A DNA stretch of 63,999 nt, filler included, from Octopus bimaculoides (taxonomy: Eukaryota): assembly GCF_001194135.2 (NCBI RefSeq). It is 7 parts of 7 records of this genome, joined end to end, with 100 filler letters (N's around TTAATTAATTAA, not from the genome) between each part and the next. Parts side by side here need not be neighbours in the genome. Positions count along the whole stretch, not along the records: positions 57,693 to 63,999 come from NC_068986.1; 6 more parts are not named here. The stretch is one strand, 5' to 3'. The position numbers and the translations under genes were made by a program. A model generated the notes under the pieces. It did no database searches. It saw nothing but the letters and a program-made list of their open reading frames with translations, and was not told where the DNA came from. Below are positions 63,770 to 63,999 of this stretch, piece after piece. Each line of letters starts with the position of its first letter. Position 1 is the first letter of the stretch.

Positions 63770-63975
63770 TGCCTGTGGTTTCTCTTCCAACTACACCGCT
63801 CGATAAATGGTGCTGGCTGTTTTAAATCCCCATTACTTAACGGTTCAGCAAAAGAGACCAATACAATATGTACCAGGCTTAACAAAAAAGTACTCGAATC
63901 GATTCATTCGACTAAGAATTCTTCAAGGCAATGCCCCAGTATGGCCGCCATCAAATGACTGAACCATGTAAAAGA
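63770..63975 (+). mobile_element. SINE family A, 3' half
   Basis: cccattacttaacggttcagcaaaagagacc..tgtaccaggctt..cattcgactaag..cagtatggccgcc..aaatgactgaa. Confidence 0.8.
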
Positions 63976-63999
63976 TATATATATATATATATATATATA

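Overview
AT-rich, microsatellite-dense animal DNA with many N gaps. The SINE, LINE and MITE content looks like a coleoid cephalopod, most probably Octopus (inference from the repeat families, not verified). None of the long ORFs in the supplied track is a host gene: they are microsatellite reading frames, gap read-throughs or decayed transposon fragments. The only host coding sequence I can support is two short minus-strand exons (32883-32820 and 31775-31744). They splice in frame to ALGNLYFVHVDVDVAEIWDFEASKFLTVEGRE, which I recognise as part of type I inositol-1,4,5-trisphosphate 5-phosphatase (INPP5A), so most of the window is probably intronic. The rest is layered mobile DNA: three tRNA-derived SINE families, R4/Dong-like RLE retrotransposons that repeatedly abut (TAA)n tracts, RTE, CR1-like and Penelope-like elements, Tc1/mariner/maT remnants, and a GG-TIR, 8-bp-TSD (Merlin-like) element carrying (TTAGGG)n. 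The most interesting observations are a 62-67 bp tandem array with a conserved hairpin and variable loop in an RTE 3' UTR (also fused to a SINE head), a same-orientation R4/Dong pile-up in TAA tracts, a telomere-repeat-bearing MITE, a perfect 143-bp inverted local copy, three stacked 3' splice sites plus a candidate 12-nt microexon in INPP5A, and a candidate type III hammerhead. All alignments and translations were done by eye. No database search was run.
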